A DNA stretch of 64,000 bases from Flavobacteriales bacterium (GTDB lineage: Bacteria; Bacteroidota; Bacteroidia; Palsa-965): the NCBI GenBank assembly GCA_040377305.1, contig JBEIPA010000009.1, positions 96,001 through 160,000 on the forward strand, written 5' to 3'. The translations under genes and the position numbers were made by a program. The notes below the pieces were generated by a model. The model worked only from the letters and a program-made list of their open reading frames with translations, did not search any database and was not told where the DNA came from. Position 1 is the stretch's first letter, and each line of letters begins with the position of its first letter. Shown in pieces: positions 18,054 to 29,179 of the stretch.

Positions 18054-19568
18054 ATGAGTCAACAACTTTCCGAACAGGAAATTATCCGCCGCCAGAAGCT
18101 CGACCAGCTTCGCGCAATGGGCATTGAGCCTTATCCAGCCGAAGAATTTATCGTGAATGTCTCTGCAAAGGACATCAAGGAAAACTACGAGCGCGATAAG
18201 ACGAATTACAAGGCGGTTTCCATTGCCGGACGATTCATGGGCTCCCGCATCATGGGTAAAGCATCTTTTGCTGAGCTGCAGGACTCGAGCGGAAGAATTC
18301 AGTTGTATGTGAACCGCGATGAAATTTGTCCCGGTGAAAACAAAGATTTGTACAACAGTGTTTTCAAGAAACTGCTTGACATCGGCGATTTCATTGGCGT
18401 GGAAGGATACGTGTTCACGACTCAGGTCGGAGAAATTTCTATTCACGTTACCGGATTGAAATTGCTGAGCAAATCGTTGAAGCCGCTTCCGATTGTAAAA
18501 ACCGACGACGCTGGTGTTGCGCATGATCAGGTAACTGATCCTGAATTCCGTTACCGTCAGCGTTACGCGGATCTGGTAGTGAATCCGGCTGTGAAAGATA
18601 CATTCATCAAGCGCACGAAGATGATTAACTCTATGCGTGAGTCGCTGAATAATCTCGGATTGCTTGAAGTAGACACGCCCGTGTTGCAAACAATTCCGGG
18701 TGGAGCAGCAGCGCGTCCGTTTATGACACATCACAACGCGTTGGACGTTCCGTTCTATCTGCGGATTGCAAACGAATTATATCTCAAGCGTTTGATCGTT
18801 GGTGGATTTGACGGCGTGTACGAGTTTTCCCGCAACTTCCGAAATGAAGGAATGGATCGCACGCACAATCCGGAATTCACCGTCCTCGAATTCTACGTCG
18901 CGTACAAGGATTACGAGTGGATGATGAAGGCCACAGAAACGATGCTTGAAAAAATCGCTGTCACACTTCATGATACTACGGAAGTGACTGTTGGCGAACA
19001 GAAAATTAATTTTCAGGCACCGTTCAAGCGCATTACACTTTACGATGCGATCAAAGAGAACACGGGCGTTGACGTTACGAATATGAGCGAAGAAGAACTT
19101 CGTGCAACGTGTGCAAGTATGCACATTCCGCTGGAGAATAGCATGGGGCGCGGAAAAATCATAGATCAGATTTTCGGTGAGAAGTGTGAAGGAAAATATA
19201 TTCAGCCGACATTCATCACGGATTATCCGGTGGAGATGAGTCCGCTTACAAAGAAGCACCGCAGCAAGCCAGGATTGGTTGAACGCTTCGAGCTCATGGT
19301 AAACGGAAAAGAAATTGCGAATGCATACAGCGAGTTGAATGATCCGATCGATCAGCGCGAACGTTTTGAAGAGCAAGTGAAACTCATGGAACGTGGTGAT
19401 GACGAAGCGATGTTCATCGATCACGACTTCCTGCGCGCACTCGAATACGGAATGCCACCAACAGCAGGAATCGGAATTGGTATCGATCGTTTAGCAATGT
19501 TGATGACGAACAACGTTTCCATTCAGGATGTGTTGTTCTTCCCGCAGATGAGACCGGAAAAGGCATAG
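18054..19568 (+). CDS. lysS: Lysine--tRNA ligase (class II)
   Basis: [44 protein letters not shown]. Confidence 0.98.
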   Translation: MSQQLSEQEIIRRQKLDQLRAMGIEPYPAEEFIVNVSAKDIKENYERDKTNYKAVSIAGRFMGSRIMGKASFAELQDSSGRIQLYVNRDEICPGENKDLYNSVFKKLLDIGDFIGVEGYVFTTQVGEISIHVTGLKLLSKSLKPLPIVKTDDAGVAHDQVTDPEFRYRQRYADLVVNPAVKDTFIKRTKMINSMRESLNNLGLLEVDTPVLQTIPGGAAARPFMTHHNALDVPFYLRIANELYLKRLIVGGFDGVYEFSRNFRNEGMDRTHNPEFTVLEFYVAYKDYEWMMKATETMLEKIAVTLHDTTEVTVGEQKINFQAPFKRITLYDAIKENTGVDVTNMSEEELRATCASMHIPLENSMGRGKIIDQIFGEKCEGKYIQPTFITDYPVEMSPLTKKHRSKPGLVERFELMVNGKEIANAYSELNDPIDQRERFEEQVKLMERGDDEAMFIDHDFLRALEYGMPPTAGIGIGIDRLAMLMTNNVSIQDVLFFPQMRPEKA

Positions 19569-19577
19569 CCTTTTCGC

Positions 19578-19646
19578 CAGTGCGCAGTTATCAGTACGCA
19601 GTGCGCAGTGGTCATGAATTTACTGCGTACTGCAAACTGCGTACTG
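19578..19646. repeat. Inverted 7-mer arrays (CAGTRCG / CGTACTG)
   Basis: CAGTGCG CAGTTAT CAGTACG CAGTGCG CAGT ... ACTG CGTACTG CAAACTG CGTACTG. Confidence 0.88.
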
Positions 19647-19659
19647 TTCGCGGAGAGGC

Positions 19660-21606
19660 ATGAAACCTTCATCGACCAAATTTCTCTACTATCTCACGGG
19701 CATCACTTTCGCCGGCTTTCTACTGCGTATTAATCACACCTGGAGCGAGTCAATCACAGCCGATGAAGTAAGCGCGTTGTTGCGGTTGAAATACGATTCA
19801 CTCGGCGCCATGATAGAAGGTGGCGTACGCCCCGATGGTCATCCTGCATTTACGCAAGTGCTGCTGTGGTTCTGGATCAAAATGTTCGGCGACTCTGAAT
19901 TTGCTGTTCGTTTACCTTTTGTGTTCATGGGAACCGCATCCATCTGGTTTGCGGGAATGGCAGCGAAACGATGGTTCGGTGTTGGAACTGCATTGGCTGT
20001 GGCGGCTTCATTGGCATTCTTGCAATTCCCGTTGATGTATTCGCAACTCGCTAGACCGTATGCACCGGGATTATTTTTCACGATGTGGGCGGCGTGTGCA
20101 GCATCTCGTTTTTCGGGAGAAGAAAAAGTAAGTTGGTTGCATGTATTGTCCTTCGGTGTTGCAGCAGCAGGAGCGGCGTACTCACATTACTTCAGCATGC
20201 TTACTACATTGTTGCTGGGCGTGTCGATGATATTTATGTCACACGCAAACAATCGAATCAAGTTTGTTGTTGCGGGCGTTGTTGCAGTTGCGCTGTTTCT
20301 TCCTCATTGGGGAATCTCGATGTCACAACTTTCTATTGGAGGAATCGGCGGACCAGGAGGATGGCTCGGACCACCAACACCGGATTTCTTCCGGGAGCAT
20401 CTCCTAAAAATCTTTGATTCATCACAAGGGATGGTTTGTCTTGTGGCATTAATCTGGGTTTTCTGTTTGGTGTTTAACAAGCAAGCACTGGGCAAACGAA
20501 GAATATTCATGCTGCTCATTTGGGTATTGCCACTGGCGATTGGCTATTGGTATTCTGTTACGAAAAATCCGGTGTTGCAACATTCGGTGTTGTTGTTCAG
20601 CATGCCATTCCTGTTGATGTTTCTCTTCTCCTGGTTTCCGAATGATGAAGAGGTGAAGTATCCATATCGGTTCGCGAATGTGCTGATTGTTGTGTTCGCA
20701 TTTTACATCACCATCTATAAACCATTTCGACTTACCGATCATTTCGGAAGACTGCAGGAACTTGTTGAAACGTATTACGACTATGAGGACAAGGGCGTCA
20801 CCGTAATTTATAATGTCGACGATCCTTATTTCATCAACTACTACACTACTCCGTCGCAAACAAAACGCAAGAAGACTCCTCAATTTACCTTTCTCGTTCA
20901 CGATGATGCAAGGTCTGAGATGGCCCAGCTTCGCGATCGTGTAATGCATGCACAAGGCGACTATTTCATTTACGGATGGAGCACGCGTGAATCTTCACCG
21001 GCTGCCCTCGACATCATTGCGTTGGAATATCCATGTCTTGTTGAAAAACACGAATGGTTCAATTCAGCAGTTTACGTTTTTGCACGGAGCCGTGTAGTGC
21101 CGCAGGACAGTTGCGAGTATCACTCAACAGTGAAGACCTATTCCATTATGAATATCGTGCAAGGCGACACCATTCAACGTTTGTGGCGGCCAGCGTGCAA
21201 TATCGTCGGCGATACATTCACACTTGATAGTCTTTGCGCATTCGGACCCATGTTGCATGCGCGTGTAGGTGACGTCCTTTCGAATCCTGACAATGAAATT
21301 GTTTTACATGCTTCCGTGTTCACTCCGAAACTTAGAACAAGCTGCATTCTCGTAGTGGAATTCATACGCGACGGCAAGCAATTGTGGTGGACCGGAATGG
21401 ATACGAAGTCGCAGATAGACACAACACGGGCTGGATGGCAAGTCGCTTATTTCGGTCAGCGTCCACCAATTCCGTTGCTACGCTCCGACAGTATTCACGC
21501 TTATATGTACTCTCCGCAAATGCAGACGGTGAAGGTGCGGAACCTCACATTTATGACGAGAGAAGGGCATCGGGGCATTCATGGCGTTCGTCCTGATTAT
21601 GAATAA
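19660..21606 (+). CDS. GT-C fold membrane glycosyltransferase (GT39/ArnT-like)
   Basis: DE motif after first TM, D.HP, SEFAVRLP, YSQLARPY; about 10 TMs plus periplasmic domain. Confidence 0.8.
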   Translation: MKPSSTKFLYYLTGITFAGFLLRINHTWSESITADEVSALLRLKYDSLGAMIEGGVRPDGHPAFTQVLLWFWIKMFGDSEFAVRLPFVFMGTASIWFAGMAAKRWFGVGTALAVAASLAFLQFPLMYSQLARPYAPGLFFTMWAACAASRFSGEEKVSWLHVLSFGVAAAGAAYSHYFSMLTTLLLGVSMIFMSHANNRIKFVVAGVVAVALFLPHWGISMSQLSIGGIGGPGGWLGPPTPDFFREHLLKIFDSSQGMVCLVALIWVFCLVFNKQALGKRRIFMLLIWVLPLAIGYWYSVTKNPVLQHSVLLFSMPFLLMFLFSWFPNDEEVKYPYRFANVLIVVFAFYITIYKPFRLTDHFGRLQELVETYYDYEDKGVTVIYNVDDPYFINYYTTPSQTKRKKTPQFTFLVHDDARSEMAQLRDRVMHAQGDYFIYGWSTRESSPAALDIIALEYPCLVEKHEWFNSAVYVFARSRVVPQDSCEYHSTVKTYSIMNIVQGDTIQRLWRPACNIVGDTFTLDSLCAFGPMLHARVGDVLSNPDNEIVLHASVFTPKLRTSCILVVEFIRDGKQLWWTGMDTKSQIDTTRAGWQVAYFGQRPPIPLLRSDSIHAYMYSPQMQTVKVRNLTFMTREGHRGIHGVRPDYE

Positions 21607-21682
21607 ACCCGTACTTTCGTCTCGGTGAAATCCTGAGGCCCACGGTCGGGATTCATGAATTCCAAAATGAAAACAGGTGCGA

Positions 21683-22687
21683 ATGAATAAGAATCGCGTT
21701 GCAGTAATCGGAGGAGGAAGTTGGGCTACAGCAATTGTTAAAATGCTGTGCAACGGACTTGCAGATGGTGAGAAGATTTCCTGGTGGATTCGTAATCCGG
21801 AGCAAACGGAATACATTACAAAGTTTCGCCACAATCCGAAATATCTTAGTGCGGTTGAGTTCGATGTGAACAAACTTTCTCTGAGCAACAATATTCATGA
21901 TGTAATCGCGAACAACGATTTGCTAATCATGGCGGTACCTTCGGCGTTTCTTGCGGACTCATTGCAGGATGTAACCGCGGAGCACTTTACAAACAAAATT
22001 GTTTTCTCTGCAATCAAAGGAATTATTCCGGGACCGAATCTTATTGTTGGAGAATACTTCAATCAGCATTACGGTGTTCCCTATTCGAATATTGGTGTAA
22101 TTACAGGGCCGTGTCACGCCGAGGAAGTCGCATTGGAAAAGCTTTCTTATCTCACTGTTGCATCGCAATCCAAGGAGTATGCGCAGGAAGTTGCAGATCG
22201 CTTAAAGTGTCGTTTCATTCGCGTATCGGTATCTGATGATATTTATGGAACGGAATATTCGGCTGTATTGAAAAACGTGGTTGCAATCGCAGGTGGAATC
22301 TGTCACGGACTTGGTTACGGTGACAACTTTCAGGCGGTGTTGATTTCTAATGCTATTCAGGAAATTTCCCGTTTCGTAGATGCAGCTCATCCGATCGACA
22401 GGGATATTAAAGACTCTGCTTATCTCGGCGACTTGCTCGTAACAGCGTATTCTCAATTCAGTCGCAATAGAATGTTTGGCGCTATGATTGGCAAAGGCTA
22501 TTCAGTGAAAATGGCGCAACTCGAGATGAACATGATTGCAGAAGGATATTACGCTGTGAAATGTGTTCATGAGATTAATCAGAAGCTGAAAGTTGATATG
22601 CCGATCACGAATTGTGTGTATCATATTCTCTACGAAAGAATTGCACCTGCAATCGAGGTGAAAATTCTTACTGACAAACTTTCTTAA
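21683..22687 (+). CDS. gpsA: NAD(P)H-dependent glycerol-3-phosphate dehydrogenase
   Basis: GGGSWATA, GPCHAEEV, LKNVVAIAGG, GDLLVTAYSQFSRN. Confidence 0.96.
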   Translation: MNKNRVAVIGGGSWATAIVKMLCNGLADGEKISWWIRNPEQTEYITKFRHNPKYLSAVEFDVNKLSLSNNIHDVIANNDLLIMAVPSAFLADSLQDVTAEHFTNKIVFSAIKGIIPGPNLIVGEYFNQHYGVPYSNIGVITGPCHAEEVALEKLSYLTVASQSKEYAQEVADRLKCRFIRVSVSDDIYGTEYSAVLKNVVAIAGGICHGLGYGDNFQAVLISNAIQEISRFVDAAHPIDRDIKDSAYLGDLLVTAYSQFSRNRMFGAMIGKGYSVKMAQLEMNMIAEGYYAVKCVHEINQKLKVDMPITNCVYHILYERIAPAIEVKILTDKLS

Positions 22688-22756
22688 GACACGTGCGGAT
22701 CTTCAGGGATACTTACACGAAATGGATGAGAATCTTCTTCGCTGAAATGGCCGCAT

Positions 22757-22787
22757 AAAAAACGGGAGCCGCTTCCGCAACTCCCGT
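22757..22787 (-). terminator. Intrinsic terminator
   Basis: A run plus ACGGGAG...CTCCCGT stem between convergent genes. Confidence 0.6.
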
Positions 22788-22808
22788 CTGTAGTCTGATA
22801 TCTGTCGT

Positions 22809-25538
22809 CTACTCTTTCACAAAGCGGCGTGCCGTTGTGCCGCCCTTGTTTGTAACGCGCAAGGTGTATAATCCGGTTGCCAGATCATTGATGTCGATGC
22901 GAATGATGTTACCAGTCATTTCATTCTGACGGTAAACAAGATTTCCGGTTACATCGTAGATTTCAATGTCACTGGTAACATCCCACCAAAGCTCAACCGT
23001 GAGTTCTGTTGTTGCTGGGTTAGGATAAACAGAATTGATTCCTGCAACATTCACGTTGTAGCCTGTGATGAGAATGGTATCCTGTACACAAGTTGTGTCC
23101 ATCACGCCGCACATGTCTGTTGTAATCAAACAGATTGTGTATATGCCACCCGTTGCGTAGTGATGAGTCCCCGGGTTCTGCAGCGTAGAAGTAGTTGCAT
23201 CACCGAAATCCCAGAACCAGCTCATGATTCCGCCGGTTGAAGCATCAGTAACCATGATGGAATCTTCATCCGTAGTGTATGTGAATGCTGCAACACCGAG
23301 GTCACAAACAGTCACCGACATACAAGTAGTGTCTGCATTTCCGCAGTTGTTGTTCACGATGAGGCATACCATGTAAGTTCCGGCAGCCGCATACGTGTGA
23401 GCAGGCGATTGCGATGTTGATGTTGTTGCATCACCAAAATCCCACATCCAATTGTCAACAGCACCGGTAGACATGTCCATGAAGTTTGTATTCAGGCCAG
23501 AGCTCGTATTCATGAATGATGCAGTATTTAATCCGCAAACAGAAACCGATTGACAGATCGTGTCCATGTCTCCGCAGTTGTTGCTGATCATGAGACAAAC
23601 GTTGTATGTTCCACCGGTTGCATACGTGTGAGATGGATTCTGCAACGTAGAAGTAGTTGCATCACCGAAATCCCACATCCATGTGTTTACTGTGCCGGAA
23701 GTCATGTCCATGAAATTTACATTCAAAGCATTTGATGTTTCCATGAATGCCGCAGTTGGCGTTGTACATACCGTGATTGTTGTACACACCTGACTTGTTC
23801 CGCATGGAGAAGATTCGGTGAGACAAACAGTGTAAGTTCCTGCAGCAGCATACGTGTGCGAAGGAGCTGCGAGTGTAGAAGTAGTTGCATCGCCGAAATC
23901 CCACAGGTGACCAGTAACAAGACCAGTCGATGTGTTTGTGGTAGTAAGGTTCAACGAACTTGTAGACGCAGACATTACAGCTGTTGGACTTCCAGCATAG
24001 TTACCGATGTTCGCACGTATACAAGCGTCTTGCGTCTGATCATAACGGAACGCAGCCCACGAGCCGTCGAGGATTTCAAAATTCCGACGCGACTGTGGAT
24101 TTGTTGTTTCGCAACCAAGGAAAATCGATGTGCCGCCCTGAAGCCATACAACATAGAAGCCACCGCTCGTTACTGTGATTGGTGCAGAAGGTGTAACGGT
24201 ATTCCATGAAGCGGAAACAACCGATGCAGAAGGAACAGTTGTCGTGAACAGTTGAGTTCCCGGTCCACCCATTGGGCCATCATCAGCAAAAACCTGAGCA
24301 ATGTAACCGTTACCGGTATTGCTGCTAATGTAATATTGCAATGAAGTAATATCGTATGGAAAAACCGGAGGTACAAAATGTACAGCCATGCCATCATCAT
24401 TCGCTCCGCCATTCCAGTTGATCGTAGCACCTGGAGCATTTCCGCTCACGTAAGAAAGTAACATGGAAGGTGCACAAGGATTCACAACATCAAGTTCCGT
24501 CGTGAGAATATTGTTTGCCGGATTAATATCACTCGAACTCGTTGCAGAAGTCTGTACCGAATATTGTCCGACTGCAGAAGGCGTCCATGTTGTTGTGTAC
24601 GTATACACAGAGTCGTCACCAGCAGCAAGCGTTGGCAGAGAACCTGTGCCTGTGTACGCGTTGACGAACACGGCATCGGTAATCAACGTTTGTAAGCTGA
24701 TCGGCGATGACATTGGTGTATTGCCACCATTCTTGATATCGGTCGTAACAGTGAACGCATAATTGTTGAAGATAAATTGTGCGCCATTTGTACTGTTGGT
24801 GTTCCATACCGGAAGCGCGTCCTCAATAGCGAGAAGTACCGGATTCGGATATTCGAAACGAATTACGTAACCGTTAGGTGGCATAATATCGTTATGCACC
24901 TGCAATCCGATTTGACCTGTGCTGTTTTCAATTCCAACGATCAGGTCAACATTGCCTGTTGGGGCAAATGCAGTGAGCGTGTTGTATTGATACGTAATAG
25001 AGCTGTCGCTGCTGCACAGAATAACCTGAAAGGAATTCGATCCTGTCCAGCTAGGAGCAGACGCCATCCAATAGGGACAGTTGAGATATGAAATGATGAA
25101 GGTGTCAACGCTGTTGGTCCAGTAACGAACCTGAGCGGGATTACCTGCACCGGTGAAGATGAGATCGCTCATGAATGGACACAAAATATTATCGCCATTG
25201 CCCGTAGTAGGAATCGTAGGGAACGATGATGCGATGTTGCTCACATTGTCGAAACTCAACCAGCCGTTGGATCCAACTTTCAGTTGCGTGTAATCATTCC
25301 AGTAGTAGTGAAACGGAAATCCGAGACCAACAAATCCCGGTGCAGAGTTATCATCAGCGAGTCCGCTTACAGATTGTACTCCGGGGCGCGAAGTGATGTC
25401 GATCCAGTTATACGTTGGCCCACCTGGGTCAATCGAGGTGATCCATGTATACCCGTAGGCATCAGGACCGCCGGCAGCATTCGCAGTGAGGGACGCGAAT
25501 AAGCTCAAGCCAGCAAAGAGTGCGTAAATTTTGTTCAT
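22809..25538 (-). CDS. PKD-repeat protein with T9SS type A C-terminal domain
   Basis: GGPDAYGY N-terminus, four WDFGD PKD repeats, VYPNP...G.Y CTD. Confidence 0.88.
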   Translation of the reverse strand: MNKIYALFAGLSLFASLTANAAGGPDAYGYTWITSIDPGGPTYNWIDITSRPGVQSVSGLADDNSAPGFVGLGFPFHYYWNDYTQLKVGSNGWLSFDNVSNIASSFPTIPTTGNGDNILCPFMSDLIFTGAGNPAQVRYWTNSVDTFIISYLNCPYWMASAPSWTGSNSFQVILCSSDSSITYQYNTLTAFAPTGNVDLIVGIENSTGQIGLQVHNDIMPPNGYVIRFEYPNPVLLAIEDALPVWNTNSTNGAQFIFNNYAFTVTTDIKNGGNTPMSSPISLQTLITDAVFVNAYTGTGSLPTLAAGDDSVYTYTTTWTPSAVGQYSVQTSATSSSDINPANNILTTELDVVNPCAPSMLLSYVSGNAPGATINWNGGANDDGMAVHFVPPVFPYDITSLQYYISSNTGNGYIAQVFADDGPMGGPGTQLFTTTVPSASVVSASWNTVTPSAPITVTSGGFYVVWLQGGTSIFLGCETTNPQSRRNFEILDGSWAAFRYDQTQDACIRANIGNYAGSPTAVMSASTSSLNLTTTNTSTGLVTGHLWDFGDATTSTLAAPSHTYAAAGTYTVCLTESSPCGTSQVCTTITVCTTPTAAFMETSNALNVNFMDMTSGTVNTWMWDFGDATTSTLQNPSHTYATGGTYNVCLMISNNCGDMDTICQSVSVCGLNTASFMNTSSGLNTNFMDMSTGAVDNWMWDFGDATTSTSQSPAHTYAAAGTYMVCLIVNNNCGNADTTCMSVTVCDLGVAAFTYTTDEDSIMVTDASTGGIMSWFWDFGDATTSTLQNPGTHHYATGGIYTICLITTDMCGVMDTTCVQDTILITGYNVNVAGINSVYPNPATTELTVELWWDVTSDIEIYDVTGNLVYRQNEMTGNIIRIDINDLATGLYTLRVTNKGGTTARRFVKE

Positions 25539-25607
25539 GGTCTAGGTTTGTGTTTACTAAACGGAAATTTACAACTTTCCCAATGAAAAAGCCTGAAAAA
25601 AGAACCG

Positions 25608-26069
25608 CTATTTACCGCGCTTGAGTTCTCTTTCGTAGAGGGCAGTCCACTCCTCAGGTGTCATTTTCCCTGCTAATTCGCCAATAAGCTCGAATGGAAT
25701 GTGCTCAGGCTTTTTGAAACGTATACAGCTTTTGCCCATATCGAGCTTGGTTGTCGAAACTTTGGCATAAGCAGTCGTAAACCATTTTAACAATTTCGGA
25801 TCAGCATAAATACCCATGTGATAAATTGCGATGAAATTTTTCTGAGAAGCGAGGCCCAGAAAAGGAAGCGGATCAGCAGGATTGCAATGATATCCGGCTG
25901 GATACAAGGAATGCGGAACACAATATCCGAGCATACCGTAACCCATCGTTTCTTTAAATCCTTTCGGAAGGTTCTTCCTGATGACTTTCCGAAGCGCGGT
26001 CATGGCTTTTTGTCTGTCTTCCGGAAGCGATGCGAAATATTCATCGGGTGTAGCAGCTTTTGATTGCAT
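25608..26069 (-). CDS. DUF1801-domain protein
   Basis: YPAGYHC, LASQKNFI, LDMGKSCIRFKK. Confidence 0.8.
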   Translation of the reverse strand: MQSKAATPDEYFASLPEDRQKAMTALRKVIRKNLPKGFKETMGYGMLGYCVPHSLYPAGYHCNPADPLPFLGLASQKNFIAIYHMGIYADPKLLKWFTTAYAKVSTTKLDMGKSCIRFKKPEHIPFELIGELAGKMTPEEWTALYERELKRGK

Positions 26070-26176
26070 ACGAAGGAGGAATTGTTTGCTCAGCTAAAGT
26101 AATTCATCGCAGGATAAGATGTTACCGGTTATGGTAATTTACGACCTGCATCTAGTGGGGGATGATAACCTAATGC

Positions 26177-26554
26177 TTAAGCACTTTCGCGCACTGAAGT
26201 TTCGTCAATGCGACTCGAAATAGCCAGCGATGCAATTTTGCGGCAATCTTCTGCACATGCGCGACAAGCCAGTGCGCAGGCACGGCATGCTGATTCATTG
26301 TGTTGGTCGCATTCCAATGCACAGATGTCGCAGATCTCCGCACACAATGCGCAGAAACGTACAGCCTGTAATTCTCCACGAATGAGAAATGCAGCGGTAA
26401 GCCCACACATATCAGCGCAATAAATACATAATTCCAACGGCTTAGCTAAACCTGTAACTCGCGGTGAAAGCGAACAGGAAACGGCGCACTGTTCACACAA
26501 TTCCGCGCACTTCCGGCATGCTGCGATACACGCCCTTGTTAATTCTTCATTCAT
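26177..26554 (-). CDS. Cys-rich four-helix copper storage protein (Csp3/DUF326-like)
   Basis: 19 Cys in repeating CxxxCxxC register, no signal peptide; ATG 26554. Confidence 0.85.
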   Translation of the reverse strand: MNEELTRACIAACRKCAELCEQCAVSCSLSPRVTGLAKPLELCIYCADMCGLTAAFLIRGELQAVRFCALCAEICDICALECDQHNESACRACALACRACAEDCRKIASLAISSRIDETSVRESA

Positions 26555-26647
26555 TAGTATGGAGCGATTGAATTTCTGCACTTTTTCCAGCCTCCCCTAT
26601 TTGTTCGGCTTGTAGCAATATTCAAAAAGCATTCCGTACAAGTGAAA

Positions 26648-27589
26648 TTAGAATTTATCCGATGTTAAATTGTTTCGTGTTACCAGTCCGGCTAAAAGTG
26701 TGCGATAGGTTGGCACCAACAATCGATGTTTGTCAGCAAGCTGCACCACGTGTGCAGTCAATGATCGAAATTCTGTTCTGCTCCGTTTCTGGAAGTCGCT
26801 GTGCATACTGGAAGTCGTTTCGTAGGGAAGCTTACCCATTTTCCCCACTGTAGAGGCAACAATGTCCTCGGGGAGTACAATTTTTTCCGCACGGGCAACT
26901 TCACAAATTTCATTTAACAATTGGGTGAGCAACCGTCTATTTCCCTCGTGTTCCAGTATTTTCCCGATACAAACATCGAGGTAACTTGTTAGGCTGGCGA
27001 TGGTAGAAATGAAAATGAATTTCTCCCAAATCACATCGCGAATATTTTCTTCAAGAAAAATATCAGCGTGGCAAGCTTTCAGTATTTGATATAGCTCATT
27101 GCATTTTTCCCGGGATTGATCGCAACCGAAATGTAACCGATGAATATTTCCTGTTTCGGTAATTACACCGGGTGCAGTGAGACGGGAAACAATATAAACG
27201 CAACCGCTCCATACTTGATTCGCAGGAAACAGCGCGCGTATTTTTTCTTCTGCATCAATTCCATTCAGCAGCGGAAGAATTATTGTTTGCGCAGAAATGC
27301 AATCGCGAAATTGTTCGAGACCCGATGCAAGATCGTAGCTCTTCACGCTCACGATGAGGTAATCAATGTCACCGGCTTCATGGGCATTCGTTGCAACAAC
27401 CGTTGGATGTGTTACAAATTCTTCTTCGGGTGTAATGAGCTTGATTCCGTTTGCGCGAATTGCAGCAGCGGTTTTTTCACGGGCGAGAAAAATAATTTCT
27501 ACTTCAGAAGAACCAGCGAATCTGCGGGAAAGCTTCGAGCCGAAATAGCCACCAACACCACCGAGACCGAGGAATGCGATGCGAATCAT
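26648..27589 (-). CDS. panE: 2-dehydropantoate 2-reductase
   Basis: GLGGVGGYFG, VKSY, LLNG, WEKF, SSMHSD. Confidence 0.88.
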   Translation of the reverse strand: MIRIAFLGLGGVGGYFGSKLSRRFAGSSEVEIIFLAREKTAAAIRANGIKLITPEEEFVTHPTVVATNAHEAGDIDYLIVSVKSYDLASGLEQFRDCISAQTIILPLLNGIDAEEKIRALFPANQVWSGCVYIVSRLTAPGVITETGNIHRLHFGCDQSREKCNELYQILKACHADIFLEENIRDVIWEKFIFISTIASLTSYLDVCIGKILEHEGNRRLLTQLLNEICEVARAEKIVLPEDIVASTVGKMGKLPYETTSSMHSDFQKRSRTEFRSLTAHVVQLADKHRLLVPTYRTLLAGLVTRNNLTSDKF

Positions 27590-27678
27590 TGTTAAATCTA
27601 CGTTTTTCCCAACGAGATTTTAGTCGAGGTGCCCACCATATTTGATTTTGAATTATTTTAGCCAAACAAGCAGACTCC

Positions 27679-29175
27679 ATGAAACACACTTTACTCTCTC
27701 TTGCATGCGCACTATTCTCAATGAACGTTGTAGCGCAAACCACGATTACTTTGCAACCCGGCGCCGCTTCAGGCAATGATGCTTCTCTTGGCTCTCACAC
27801 CAATTTCAACACAGAGAATACGAACTACGGAACAGATATTTATATCAAAGCGTATTGTATTCCGGGCGCACAGGGTGGACAGAATACCAACCGTGCAGTG
27901 GTCGAATTTGATCTTACATCAATTCCTGCCGGGGCAACTATAGTTTCTGCTCATCTTACGCTTTATGCAACAGGCTACATCAATTCCAATATACAAGGAC
28001 ACTGGGGTAGCAATACCGCAACGCTCAGTCGTATTACCAGTGCGTGGATTGAGAACAGTGTTACTTGGAATAGTGCACCAAGTACAATTACGCAAAATCA
28101 GGTAACGCTTACCCAAAGCACAAATGCAGCGCAGGATTACACATCCGATGTAACCGGAATGGTCCAGGATATGATCATCAATCCTTCATCGAGTTTCGGT
28201 TTTTTTCTATCCCTTGTGACTGAGAATCCATCTAACTCTTCGGGATTATTTTTTCATTCGAGTGATGGCGGAGACCCGAACAAATGGCCTAAACTTGAAA
28301 TAGTGTACACGACTTCGAACGATTGCATTCAACCTGATCCAATCGCAGGTAATGACGCTTCACTGGGTACGCACACAAACTACAACACAGAGAATACTAA
28401 TTACGGTGCCGATACTTATCTCAAGGCGTATTGTGTAGCAGGAGCACAAGGTGGACAGAATACGAACCGCGGCGTACTCAGTTTTGATCTAAGTGCAATT
28501 CCAACAACTGCAGTAGTGCAGAATGCGGACTTGTACTTGTACGCTACTGGATATATCAACGCGCAACTGCCTGGACATTTCGGCACTAACAATGCATCGA
28601 TCGTGGAGCGGGTTACGGGACCTTGGACTGAAAGCAGCGTAACCTGGAATACCGCACCATCTACTACTGCAGTTGGTGCAGCCACACTTCCCCAGAGTAC
28701 AACATCTACACAAGATTACATCGCTGACGTCACTATAATGACGCAGTATCAGGTTACAAATCCTTCACTGAACTATGGTTTTCTCCTAAGAAATGTCGTG
28801 GAGAATCCGGCGTCGCCATCCGGCTTGGTTTTCTTCTCCAGTGACCACAGCGATCCGTTAACACGTCCGAAACTTTGTGTTACATATAACGACAGCCTCA
28901 ATCCGAAAGACGTACATACGATTGTGATTGAAGCAATGGCGATTGAAGTTTATCCAAATCCGGCAACGCAGCAACTTACCGTGAACACGGATTTACTCAA
29001 CGATGCAACCGTAAACATTTATTCTGCAGAAGGCAAACTGGTGAAATCGGTTCAGTACAGCGGAATGCTAGCATCATATTACATTCCAGTTGCAGAGCTT
29101 GCAAACGGAACCTATGTTGTGGAGATTGTGGCGGAGAACAAACGCGGGACGGCCCAGTTTGTGAAAGCAGAATAG
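27679..29175 (+). CDS. Tandem DNRLRE/CBM96-like domain protein with T9SS type A CTD
   Basis: Two repeats of DA...NYG...R....FDL..IP....A.L.LY...W.E..VTWN.AP...PKL; VYPNP CTD. Confidence 0.8.
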   Translation: MKHTLLSLACALFSMNVVAQTTITLQPGAASGNDASLGSHTNFNTENTNYGTDIYIKAYCIPGAQGGQNTNRAVVEFDLTSIPAGATIVSAHLTLYATGYINSNIQGHWGSNTATLSRITSAWIENSVTWNSAPSTITQNQVTLTQSTNAAQDYTSDVTGMVQDMIINPSSSFGFFLSLVTENPSNSSGLFFHSSDGGDPNKWPKLEIVYTTSNDCIQPDPIAGNDASLGTHTNYNTENTNYGADTYLKAYCVAGAQGGQNTNRGVLSFDLSAIPTTAVVQNADLYLYATGYINAQLPGHFGTNNASIVERVTGPWTESSVTWNTAPSTTAVGAATLPQSTTSTQDYIADVTIMTQYQVTNPSLNYGFLLRNVVENPASPSGLVFFSSDHSDPLTRPKLCVTYNDSLNPKDVHTIVIEAMAIEVYPNPATQQLTVNTDLLNDATVNIYSAEGKLVKSVQYSGMLASYYIPVAELANGTYVVEIVAENKRGTAQFVKAE

Positions 29176-29179
29176 TCGT

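Noticed and set aside
18048-19424. Long antisense ORFs over lysS (also over porW, atpA and others)
   Set aside because: Shadow ORFs from codon bias of the real genes; no recognisable motifs.
23150-23910. Near-identical DNA repeats (GTAGAAGTAGTTGCATCACCGAAATCCCA)
   Set aside because: They encode the WDFGDATTST PKD repeats; ordinary intragenic domain duplication.
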